Shown: positions 1 through 7,933 of the stretch, piece by piece
How the letters are laid out: each line of letters starts with the position of its first letter
Numbering within the stretch: the stretch's first letter is position 1
Assembly (NCBI GenBank): GCA_019314375.1
Contig: JAFCZJ010000005.1
Coordinates: 6,910 to 70,909, forward strand
Direction: 5' to 3'
Length of the DNA stretch: 64,000 bases
Source of the DNA: Deltaproteobacteria bacterium
Lineage (GTDB): Bacteria > Myxococcota > B64-G9
Notes under the pieces: generated by a model
What the model saw: only the letters and a program-made list of their open reading frames with translations
Told to the model about the DNA's origin: nothing
The model's database searches: none
Translations under genes and position numbers: made by a program

Positions 1-1024
1 CAATCGTTCCGCGCCGGGCCTTGGCGCGCAGGTGGGTTCTGTCCTTGAGCATACCGAATCGGTCGATGGAGGTGATGAGGATTCGCGATCGAGCAAGACC
101 ATCGGCTTGCAGGCTGGATGGCCATGCCCAAAGCCCGAGCTGATTGGTCTCCGGTAAAAATAAGTCCACGGATCGTGTTTTCTTGTTGCCTGCCCTGTCC
201 ACGCTGGTCGCCTTGGCTCGGCCGTAACCTGGAGGCACGAGGATCGGAAGCGTGAATTTTCCCAGATTGTCGGCACGTACGGGACCGTATCGTTTGCCCG
301 CAATCGACATGCTCATGCGAGTTCCGGGTTCGGTTCGGCCTGGTAATTCGATGCGGGCTGTGATGGGGATGACCGCGCGCGCTACCGCAATTCTATCCAT
401 TCGCGATAGCTTGGGGCTTGAGACCAGGATGATGGCCACCTGAGGAAAAGGGTCGCCTGGTGGATGATAGCGAATCTGATAGCGTCCTTGACCCATTTCC
501 TGCAAGGGATCCAGACGACCCACGTTGCAACTAACTTGCAGGGGAAGTCCAGACACGGGCTTATCTGCATGATCGAAAACCATGAGATCGAGGAGACTGC
601 TTTGGCCCAATCCCGCGATCAGCTGGGCAGGACGTACCTTCAGGGCGATGCGTCCGGCTGGATGTCTGCACAGGGGGAAGGATTCGCTCGGCAAGTAGGC
701 CTGGTCACCCTCCAATTTGGCTTTGAGCTTGATCTCACTTGCCTTGGAATCAGAGGGTGGCCAGAAACGCATGCGGTAGAGCCCCTGCCCCAACGCCTTT
801 ACCTCATCGATTCGCCCGAAGTTGCTTTCAAAGTGGACGCTTTTTGTGGGGATTTCTCTGCCCCAGAATATCGCGTGAAGGTCCACCGGCGGTCCACCAT
901 CCGATGGCAGGCAGTCGCCGGGTGGCAAGAATCGCAAACCAGCACTGTCATTAGCCAGGCCTGTTGCGGGGAGGCAAACAAGAAAAAACAACGCCAACAG
1001 ACGTCGGCGAATCTGGGGGCTCAG
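1..1024 (-). CDS. Secreted protein with probable Ig-like/invasin-type repeats, partial (runs off left edge)
   Basis: Manual translation gives a stop-free minus-strand frame from about 1024 to 1 (SPQIRRRLLALFFLVCLPATGLA signal-like segment; repeated motifs LGQGLYRMRFWPP and MGQGRYQIRYHPP). It is absent from the ORF track because it has no stop in the window. Start uncertain (CTG overlapping the upstream TGA, or a nearby TTG). Confidence 0.7.
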   Translation of the reverse strand, partial: MSPQIRRRLLALFFLVCLPATGLANDSAGLRFLPPGDCLPSDGGPPVDLHAIFWGREIPTKSVHFESNFGRIDEVKALGQGLYRMRFWPPSDSKASEIKLKAKLEGDQAYLPSESFPLCRHPAGRIALKVRPAQLIAGLGQSSLLDLMVFDHADKPVSGLPLQVSCNVGRLDPLQEMGQGRYQIRYHPPGDPFPQVAIILVSSPKLSRMDRIAVARAVIPITARIELPGRTEPGTRMSMSIAGKRYGPVRADNLGKFTLPILVPPGYGRAKATSVDRAGNKKTRSVDLFLPETNQLGLWAWPSSLQADGLARSRILITSIDRFGMLKDRTHLRAKARRGTI

Positions 1025-1491
1025 CCTTTGCCCACGAACAGGCCACATTCTGAACATTCCTCAGCGTCAGCCGGCATCGGAGTGCCACAGGCAGGGCAGT
1101 GTTCCGTGCTCATATCCTGCTGTCCTCCCAAGCCCTCCTGGTCGACCATGTTCTGGAAGTTTTTTCCAAGCAATTCCGCTGAGGCCTCTACTTCTTCCTG
1201 GCTGACCACCAGGAGCATCATTTTGGGCGCACCCGGGATGGCTTGCGCATTGTCATCGGGGACGATGACAGAGGCCACTCGACCTTGAGCGAGCAGGGCC
1301 TTGTTTTCGCGCAAAGCATCCAGGGGGCCACGGGCGATGGGAATGAGGTCCTTGCCTTCGATGGCTTTGGCGATGGCCTCTTCGTTCAGATTCATGGTCT
1401 CGGGCAATTGCTCAACCAGGTGTACGTCGCAGGCGGCACAACGGGTGAATCCTTTGCGATATTCATCATGGCAATTGGGACAGAATGGCAT
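1021..1491 (-). CDS. Hypothetical protein with N- and C-terminal zinc ribbons
   Basis: CPNC..CAAC at the N-terminus and CPAC..CSEC at the C-terminus; GGAG RBS upstream. Confidence 0.8.
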   Translation of the reverse strand: MPFCPNCHDEYRKGFTRCAACDVHLVEQLPETMNLNEEAIAKAIEGKDLIPIARGPLDALRENKALLAQGRVASVIVPDDNAQAIPGAPKMMLLVVSQEEVEASAELLGKNFQNMVDQEGLGGQQDMSTEHCPACGTPMPADAEECSECGLFVGKG

Positions 1492-1515
1492 GTCGGAGAC
1501 TCCAAGAAGCGATGG

Positions 1516-1779
1516 TCACGGGCCATCGGGGGGTTCGGTATCCAAACTGACCTGCAGTTCGCCAAGTGCCGCTTCATATTTCAGACGCCAATGCCGACCG
1601 TCTGAGCCTTTGAAGCTTGCGCTTCGCGAGAAGCTGGTCTTGGCCTCGGTAATCAAGAAGCGCAAGAAATCCTTGCGTTCCTCTTTGATTTTTTTGAGCT
1701 CTTGGAGCCCGGTTGGATCCCCAACTAAATTCATGGGTGCTCCCTGGAATCGAACTTGGGGAGATGCTATCGGTTTCAT
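1516..1779 (-). CDS. Small hypothetical protein
   Basis: 87 aa ORF fitting the gap between co-oriented neighbours. Confidence 0.65.
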   Translation of the reverse strand: MKPIASPQVRFQGAPMNLVGDPTGLQELKKIKEERKDFLRFLITEAKTSFSRSASFKGSDGRHWRLKYEAALGELQVSLDTEPPDGP

Positions 1780-1809
1780 CTTGTAGGGTCAAGCAGGCCT
1801 TCTGGCCTA

Positions 1810-3411
1810 TCAAAAGTCGAATATTTCCACCTTCACCCCGCTTGGCAATTCGGGTTCAAACTGACGGACACGATCAGCCAGCATGACCGCTGCTTTGCGG
1901 TTGGTGGCAAAAAAAGAAATACCGTCAAAGGCGCAGCTTTCGTTGTTCTGGATGGTCCAGCGGCTCACTCGGAACCAATTTTCAGGCAGTCCTCCAATTG
2001 AAGGTTTGGAAAACCATTCTTCATACAGAATGGCGATTTCCACATTGGCTTCTTTTGTGATGCGATCGATTGCCCGCCGGTTGTATTGACCGCTGTTTTT
2101 CAGATCGAGTACCTCGATATCAGCCAAACCGAATAGATCGACGCAGTGGATGTCGGCCAGGTGGTTGGGTGCGCCGATGTCATTAAGAGCTACTGTCTTT
2201 CCTGTATAAAATCGGTCCAAAAACCGGGCGGTTTGAATTTGCTGGTCGTGTATGCTCCGGCTGGATGCGGGCAGCAGGTAGACCGAAGCCACCGCGCGAA
2301 TGGCCATCAGGCACAAGGTGATGACCGCCAAGCTAAACCCCAGGCGGCGGGTCCAATTTCCGTTCAATTTCTTACGCAGCAGGTAGACCGGTTCGATCAT
2401 TGCGGCCATGCCCATGGCCACCAGATAGGCTTCGTAACGAAATAGCCAACCTGTCCGCGCGAACTGCAGGTGCATGGTGCAGGTCACAAGGAAAATCAAC
2501 GGCCCGAAGAGGATGGACTGCTTGTCACGAGGCCCACGCTTGAGGTGAAGAATCAGCGCAAACCCCAAGATTCCCATCAAGGCCATCAGGTGCGGGTTGG
2601 AGAGCAGTTGGATTGGCCCGGTTGAGATAAACGTCAAGAACCCCGCCATGGAGTTCAGATCCGGCAAGTTGCCCTTCATCAGCAGGGAGTTGGGAAAAAA
2701 ATGCCAACCCTTATGGATGGCCATCAGTCCGATGGCCGTGATGCCTGAGAGGCTCAGAAAACCGGTGACAAGGGCAAGCCGAAAACGGCGACGGAAAAGA
2801 AGCAATACAACCACCGTTGCAACCAGAAACAGACCCTCATACCGAGCAGCCACCAGCAGCGGAGCCAAGGCAGGCAGCAAATAGCGACCCCGTCTGGTTT
2901 CTTTGGAGTCCAGGGCTTTGGCCGCGAGAAAAGCAAACCAGATGCTAAGCAAGGTGTGCAAGCTGTGCTCCATGCCGCTATAGATCAAGGCGGGCAAGGG
3001 CACGAAAAAAGCGAACAAGAGCAGGAACAGGAAAACAAGTGGCTTGCTGAGAGGCATGCGCGCCAGCCATCCGTAAACTGAAAGACAGACCAGCGATGCC
3101 AGGATCAGGTTCCAGGCGAGTGGGATGATTTCGCTGTTGCCGAAGACAAATACCGAACAAGCCAGCAGAGAGGTCCACAAGGGAGAGGAAGAAGACGATG
3201 TGAATTCATAGGGGGTGATGCCCCAGACACCATGATGGGCCAGACTGTCGGCCATGGCCAAGTGAATGTAGGGGTCGTCCAGAGGATAGACAAGCCAAGC
3301 GATTCCGCTCCAGGCACCTGCGCTGAAAACGCCGGCCATCACCCCATACAGAATGAGCAAACAAGTCCAAAAAGGCCAGCCCGGCCATCTCGAGATGGGG
3401 GATCGAGTCAA
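1810..3411 (-). CDS. Polytopic membrane protein, probable GT-C fold glycosyltransferase
   Basis: Many hydrophobic segments, DDPYIH motif after TM1, SSSPLW, SGME, ARYEG, DLFGL; 4-nt overlap with the upstream stop. Confidence 0.7.
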   Translation of the reverse strand: MTRSPISRWPGWPFWTCLLILYGVMAGVFSAGAWSGIAWLVYPLDDPYIHLAMADSLAHHGVWGITPYEFTSSSSSPLWTSLLACSVFVFGNSEIIPLAWNLILASLVCLSVYGWLARMPLSKPLVFLFLLLFAFFVPLPALIYSGMEHSLHTLLSIWFAFLAAKALDSKETRRGRYLLPALAPLLVAARYEGLFLVATVVVLLLFRRRFRLALVTGFLSLSGITAIGLMAIHKGWHFFPNSLLMKGNLPDLNSMAGFLTFISTGPIQLLSNPHLMALMGILGFALILHLKRGPRDKQSILFGPLIFLVTCTMHLQFARTGWLFRYEAYLVAMGMAAMIEPVYLLRKKLNGNWTRRLGFSLAVITLCLMAIRAVASVYLLPASSRSIHDQQIQTARFLDRFYTGKTVALNDIGAPNHLADIHCVDLFGLADIEVLDLKNSGQYNRRAIDRITKEANVEIAILYEEWFSKPSIGGLPENWFRVSRWTIQNNESCAFDGISFFATNRKAAVMLADRVRQFEPELPSGVKVEIFDF

Positions 3412-4856
3412 TGGGCCTTACGTCGTCTCAACACCATCGGCGCAACCAGAAGGAGCAGGAACATACCCCCGGCAGGCCAGGAGCCCTGCCCTGGGTTTGT
3501 GGTGGCGCAAGAGATGATGAAATCGTCATCCGGGTTGGGCACGATGACGACCCGCAGGGTCATCTGGCTATCGGGCGCGCCTCGAAGTTGAACGGCCATC
3601 AGATTGCCTGAGTCGAGAGTTACCGGCATTTCCAATTCGTCAACCTCTCTACTGAAATCGCAGGGTCCGAAGACCTGTCCACCATTCAAGGCCACCAGTG
3701 CTGAAGTCACACGGGCGCTTCCATCTTCAAGGCCGTTCTCCAAGCAAATGTAGGCCTGGCCCGTCAAACCCGGTTGAGTGAAGGCGTCAAGGAAGGTGAC
3801 GGGCTTGCCCCTCGACCGAAGATAGGTCTTGGGTCCGAAGACCGGAATGGCCGCTGAGTTTTGACAACCTTCTCCAGTGGGGGGGGGATCATCAAAGACA
3901 AACTCAAAGAGGTAGATGTCCAAATTTTCGTTGCGATTATCGGTGAAGACCAGCCGATTGCCCGACAGGTCGTGCAAATATTGCTGGGCTGGATCGATGG
4001 TCACCTGTTCGCTGACATGCAAAACCAAAGAGTGAATCCAGATGTCGGAATCGCCCGAACCCCAGTCCTCATAGGCCACAAAGTCGCCGCTGACCGCCGG
4101 GTTGCGCTGGTACTCTGGGTCATCGGTGATCATATGAGTCGTCCCGTCGCTGATGCGATAAGCAAAAACGTCGCCCGGACTTGATCGGTTGCTGGTGAAA
4201 ACAATCCAGTCGCCATCCACATCCGGCTCCCTGTCCGAGGCCAAGTCCGTGGCTACAGCCGATTCGATGCCGGTGGCCAAGTCCAACATGAAAATATCTG
4301 CGTTGTCGTTGCGATAGTCTTCCCAAACCACGATTTGCCCGCTGATGACCGGTTTGATTTGCTGCGCAGGTGAATCGGTCAGGCGAGACTCTTCTCCGGT
4401 GACCAGGTTGATGAGGTAAACGTCGGAATCACCGTTGCGATTGTCTTCAAAGACCACATAGTCACCAGAAATTGCCGGGTTGCGCTGGGCCGCCGTGTCG
4501 TCTGTCAGTTGGACGGAGCTGGCCGAGTCGATGTCGTACAAAATGATATCTGCGTTGCCTTCGCCATAGTTTGTATACACAACATGCTGACCTGAAACGT
4601 CATTCAGGAGTTGATCACCGCCACCGGAGGTGATCTGCTGCTCCACCCCCGCCTCCAAATCATAGTAGTAGATGTCCGCGTCGGGGTTGCGCAAATCCGA
4701 GTAAACGGTGATAGCCCCCGAGATGGACGGATCGAATTGGTCAGCCGAATCCGTTGTGATCTGAGTTTCTATCCCATCGAAGCGGTATGCCAGTGCTGGT
4801 GCAGCCATCAAAGCGATCATGAACAGGGCCAAGGTCAATCGAAACATCTTTGTCAT
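3408..4856 (-). CDS. Cell-surface beta-propeller repeat protein (TolB-like/methanogen-type repeats) with MYXO-CTERM-like sorting signal
   Basis: Signal peptide MTKMFRLTLALFMIALMAAPALA; about 7 repeats like Q.NPAISGDYVVFEDNRNGDSDVYL; C-terminus SCATT..GGMFLLLLVAPMVLRRRKAH; ATG 4856 with AAGGAG RBS. Confidence 0.85.
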   Translation of the reverse strand: MTKMFRLTLALFMIALMAAPALAYRFDGIETQITTDSADQFDPSISGAITVYSDLRNPDADIYYYDLEAGVEQQITSGGGDQLLNDVSGQHVVYTNYGEGNADIILYDIDSASSVQLTDDTAAQRNPAISGDYVVFEDNRNGDSDVYLINLVTGEESRLTDSPAQQIKPVISGQIVVWEDYRNDNADIFMLDLATGIESAVATDLASDREPDVDGDWIVFTSNRSSPGDVFAYRISDGTTHMITDDPEYQRNPAVSGDFVAYEDWGSGDSDIWIHSLVLHVSEQVTIDPAQQYLHDLSGNRLVFTDNRNENLDIYLFEFVFDDPPPTGEGCQNSAAIPVFGPKTYLRSRGKPVTFLDAFTQPGLTGQAYICLENGLEDGSARVTSALVALNGGQVFGPCDFSREVDELEMPVTLDSGNLMAVQLRGAPDSQMTLRVVIVPNPDDDFIISCATTNPGQGSWPAGGMFLLLLVAPMVLRRRKAH

Positions 4857-4901
4857 GGCATGCGCTCCTTGGTATTTGCTTCGTCCCAAAAACAAAAGCC
4901 C

Positions 4902-4946
4902 AAAAAAACAAAACAGCGAAAGCTTCATCCGAAAAGCCTTCGCCGC
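4902..4946 (-). terminator. Intrinsic terminator (riboswitch expression platform)
   Basis: Minus-strand hairpin GCGGCGAAGGCTTT-loop-GAAGCTTTCGCTGT followed by TTTGTTTTTTT. Confidence 0.8.
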
Positions 4947-4960
4947 GCAAGCCCTGCATG

Positions 4961-5050
4961 ACCATCTTCGGCGGCCTGTCTACCGCAAAATAATCCTATG
5001 CGGCCATGGCTTTGCGCTCCAAGTTACCCTGGATTGCCTTTTCGGATGGT
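4961..5050 (-). ncRNA. c-di-GMP-I (GEMM) riboswitch aptamer
   Basis: Minus strand ACCATCCGAAAAGGCAATCCAGG-GTAA-CTTGGAGCGCAAAGCCATGGCCGCA..TGCGGTAGACAGGCCGCCGAAGATGGT shows P1 (ACCATC/GATGGT), P2 with a GNRA loop, the CGCAAAGCC junction, P3 and a GCCG 3' motif, matching the GEMM-I consensus. Confidence 0.85.
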
Positions 5051-5068
5051 ACAACTAAATTCCAGTTC

Positions 5069-5097
5069 AGTATAAAATGATAATTGGAAGATGTCAA
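5069..5097 (-). promoter_or_regulatory. sigma70-type promoter for the riboswitch leader
   Basis: TTGACA (5097-5092), 17 nt spacer, TATACT (5074-5069). Confidence 0.8.
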
Positions 5098-5120
5098 GAA
5101 GTAATATTCTTCGGTTTTCC

Positions 5121-6098
5121 TTATGGTTTCTTGTCCCGCCACATTTCGGGCGAGGTCTTTATCTGGAATGAATCAGCTCGGGTATCAACCGTGAATGAAT
5201 GCGATCGGATTTCTTTGACGTTGTTCCCCACATCCTCGGCTTTTATTGCAACTCGATGTTTTCCATCCCCAAGTTGCAGAACCTGGCGAAATTTGCCTCT
5301 CGGGTCCACTTCCACCACCACGCCAGCGACTCTCACCCGAGCGCCTGGCTGACAGCGACCCTTCACCAAAAGTCGTCCCGATGAGAGATTTCGCTCTTTG
5401 GGCCAGCGTACCTTGAGAAGCAGTTGTTTTGGGATGCGTATCGGATCCTCGGGCGGGCTGCCCTGCTCTACTCGCGCCATGTAGCCCGCATCAATCTGAA
5501 CGATCTTGCCTTCCGCCTCCAATTCAACCCGGCCCTTGCTGGCACCGACCGAGACCATCCCGGATTTATCCGCGTGCATCTTGAACTGACCACCCTGGGA
5601 ACGCGCCACCGCTCGTACCGCGGCCACCTCAACCAAATGTTTTGTGGCAGGCACCACGCTCGCATCAATCATGCCCTCTGCCAGAAGAAAGCGGAAAAGA
5701 TTCTCCGTTAAGGATTGAACCAAGAACTCTGAGTCTGAATCCATACGTACGGCAAATACGCCTGGCATCGACAAAGTCGCGCTTGATAAATTGCCTGTCC
5801 GGATTCTGTCTTGCGCTTGCAGCACCATGCCTTCTTCGGCATGAGACCAGTTTTTCCCATCACCACTGGCAACCTCAACCTGACCCTTAACCTGGTTGAG
5901 AGACAGAGCCATGGGAGCGGCTTGGGCCTGGGCTTCGATTTCGGGCAGTAGTCTGACCTTTAGCCCGGTGGGCGCGATGGGTGCCTCCTGATTTGTCCTG
6001 CTCACCGAGAGCCCGTGCTCGAACAAGATGAGGTACACGATGGGAACGCTGACGACAAACAAAATGATGGCGGATATGAAAAGCAATCGTTCCCGCAT
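5121..6098 (-). CDS. Membrane-anchored FecR-domain protein with C-terminal Ig-like domain
   Basis: N-terminal TM; FecR-like GMVLQAQDRIRTG..SATL; start overlaps the kinase stop (TGATG). Confidence 0.75.
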   Translation of the reverse strand: MRERLLFISAIILFVVSVPIVYLILFEHGLSVSRTNQEAPIAPTGLKVRLLPEIEAQAQAAPMALSLNQVKGQVEVASGDGKNWSHAEEGMVLQAQDRIRTGNLSSATLSMPGVFAVRMDSDSEFLVQSLTENLFRFLLAEGMIDASVVPATKHLVEVAAVRAVARSQGGQFKMHADKSGMVSVGASKGRVELEAEGKIVQIDAGYMARVEQGSPPEDPIRIPKQLLLKVRWPKERNLSSGRLLVKGRCQPGARVRVAGVVVEVDPRGKFRQVLQLGDGKHRVAIKAEDVGNNVKEIRSHSFTVDTRADSFQIKTSPEMWRDKKP

Positions 6099-7933
6099 CA
6101 GGAATTTCCGATCCAAGGCAACTCGATGCGGAATAGACTGCCCTCGCCCAGCTTGCTTTCCACGTCGATCCTCCCGCCATGATCCGTAATGATGCGATAG
6201 CTTTCGCTTAATCCCAAGCCTGTATTGGTCCAAACATCCTTGCTTGTGAAGAAGGGATCAAAAATTTTATCCACGCAATCCGACGGGATCCCAACCCCAT
6301 CGTCTCTCACCTCGACGAGCAGCCTCTCTTTTCCTTCGGTCATGGTTTGAATGTTTAGCTTGCCTCCATCCGGCATGGCCGTCAATGCATTGGAGAATAG
6401 ATTGAGAAAAACCTGCATCAATTGCCGATGATCACCAAGAATTTCAGGCAATTGCTCATCGAGCAACCAGTCGCTTTTTATACCCTGGGACAAGAGCCGC
6501 TGCTCCATCAAGGAATGGGCATCGAGAAGAACCTGATTGATGTCACAGGCGCTGTGCTCGGATTCAGCATCAAGCTCGCTGAAGCGCAACAGCCTCTGGA
6601 TGACATCCCGGCAGCGCTTTGCAGCGCCTTCCATTTCTTCCAGCACCTCCTGGCGCTTGGGCCATTCAGGGCCCTTGAGCTTGAGCAACTGCACGTTGCC
6701 GAGGATGCCGACAAGTGGATTGTTCACTTCATGAGCTACACCAGCACCGAGTTGACCGATGGCCGCCAGCTTGTTTGTTTGCAGCAAACGTTGATGGGCA
6801 ACGGCCAGTTCGTGGGTGCGCTCTTCGACTCGTTGCGCCAATTCTCGATTGAATCCTTCAATTTCCTCTCGAGAGGCTTGCAACTCTTCGCCCATGAGGT
6901 TGAAAGTCTTGGCCAACAAGCCCAACTCATCCCGGGTTTTTACCTCCACCCGAGTCGAAAGGTCGCCTCTGGCAAATGCTTCGGCACCAGCAGCCATTTT
7001 TCTGAGATTTTTGTTGATTCGGCCGGTGAACAATCCCCCAAGCAACAACAAGGCAAGGATGGAGAACCCAGTGCCCGTCATGGTGACCAAACGAGATCTT
7101 TTTACCTCGGCCCAAGCTGAATCGTGCTTCTCGTGCAGCACAACGCCCCATCCGGTCAGGCCCACCCGCGAATATGCGATCAGTCTGTCTTTATCAAAAA
7201 AAGCGTCTGCAATCATTCCAGCCTGCATCCTTGTCACGGCAGATTGCGTGGCCTGCAGGATACGCTCCTCCCTTTCTGCAAACCCGCCAAGAAACTGGCC
7301 GTTTTCGTCTACCAACGTGACGTTGAAACCTTGGGTGAAGGCGCTGTCCTGGATACGCTGGAGAACCCTCGACAGGCTCCACTGCAGTGCCAAAAGTTGG
7401 CCTGGCTTGCTCAGCGGAAAAAGCATGTTTAGCGAAGGGGCAGCGTTTGGGGATTTGCTAATTGAACCCAATACGACGCTTCCGGGTCCAGCCGCCTCCG
7501 CTCTGCGCATGGGCAATTGTTTGAGAAATTTTCGATGCTCGACTGCCGAAATCGCCTTTCGATGTCGATACTCTGGATACTTCTCAGGATGCGCCAAATA
7601 CACACCCGGCACGAGGGCTTCTGCCTGCGGATCTACCAGGGCCACCTGAGAAATGGTTTCGCTTTGCTTGTAGATGATGCCGAGCAAACCCTTCCACTCT
7701 TCTTTATTCATATCTGAAGTCGACATGTAGCCAAGCGCAGCCTGCACCCGCTCCAAAACTTCCCTGCTCTCATCGTTCGCAATTCCGGCAAGGTGCTTCG
7801 CCGCATCCAGCCTCGCGGCGATCAGCTGTTGAGCCATCTGTTGTTCACTGTGATGCAGCACCCCTAGACCCACCAGCATCGGGATGGCGGTAGCGGCCAC
7901 GACAAACAAAATCAACTGTTGATAAAGTTTCAT
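6098..7933 (-). CDS. Membrane sensor histidine kinase (periplasmic sensor, HAMP, HisKA, HATPase)
   Basis: Two TMs, HAMP (DELGLLAKTFN), H-box AHEVNNPL, NLFSNA, DDGVG, FDPFF, GLGL. Confidence 0.92.
   Translation of the reverse strand: MKLYQQLILFVVAATAIPMLVGLGVLHHSEQQMAQQLIAARLDAAKHLAGIANDESREVLERVQAALGYMSTSDMNKEEWKGLLGIIYKQSETISQVALVDPQAEALVPGVYLAHPEKYPEYRHRKAISAVEHRKFLKQLPMRRAEAAGPGSVVLGSISKSPNAAPSLNMLFPLSKPGQLLALQWSLSRVLQRIQDSAFTQGFNVTLVDENGQFLGGFAEREERILQATQSAVTRMQAGMIADAFFDKDRLIAYSRVGLTGWGVVLHEKHDSAWAEVKRSRLVTMTGTGFSILALLLLGGLFTGRINKNLRKMAAGAEAFARGDLSTRVEVKTRDELGLLAKTFNLMGEELQASREEIEGFNRELAQRVEERTHELAVAHQRLLQTNKLAAIGQLGAGVAHEVNNPLVGILGNVQLLKLKGPEWPKRQEVLEEMEGAAKRCRDVIQRLLRFSELDAESEHSACDINQVLLDAHSLMEQRLLSQGIKSDWLLDEQLPEILGDHRQLMQVFLNLFSNALTAMPDGGKLNIQTMTEGKERLLVEVRDDGVGIPSDCVDKIFDPFFTSKDVWTNTGLGLSESYRIITDHGGRIDVESKLGEGSLFRIELPWIGNS

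Noticed and set aside
464-1288. 274 aa plus-strand ORF
   Set aside because: Shadow of the minus-strand partial gene and the zinc-ribbon gene; no recognisable motifs.
4961-5050. cGAMP-sensing (GEMM-Ib) riboswitch
   Set aside because: The position equivalent to G20 is G, not A.
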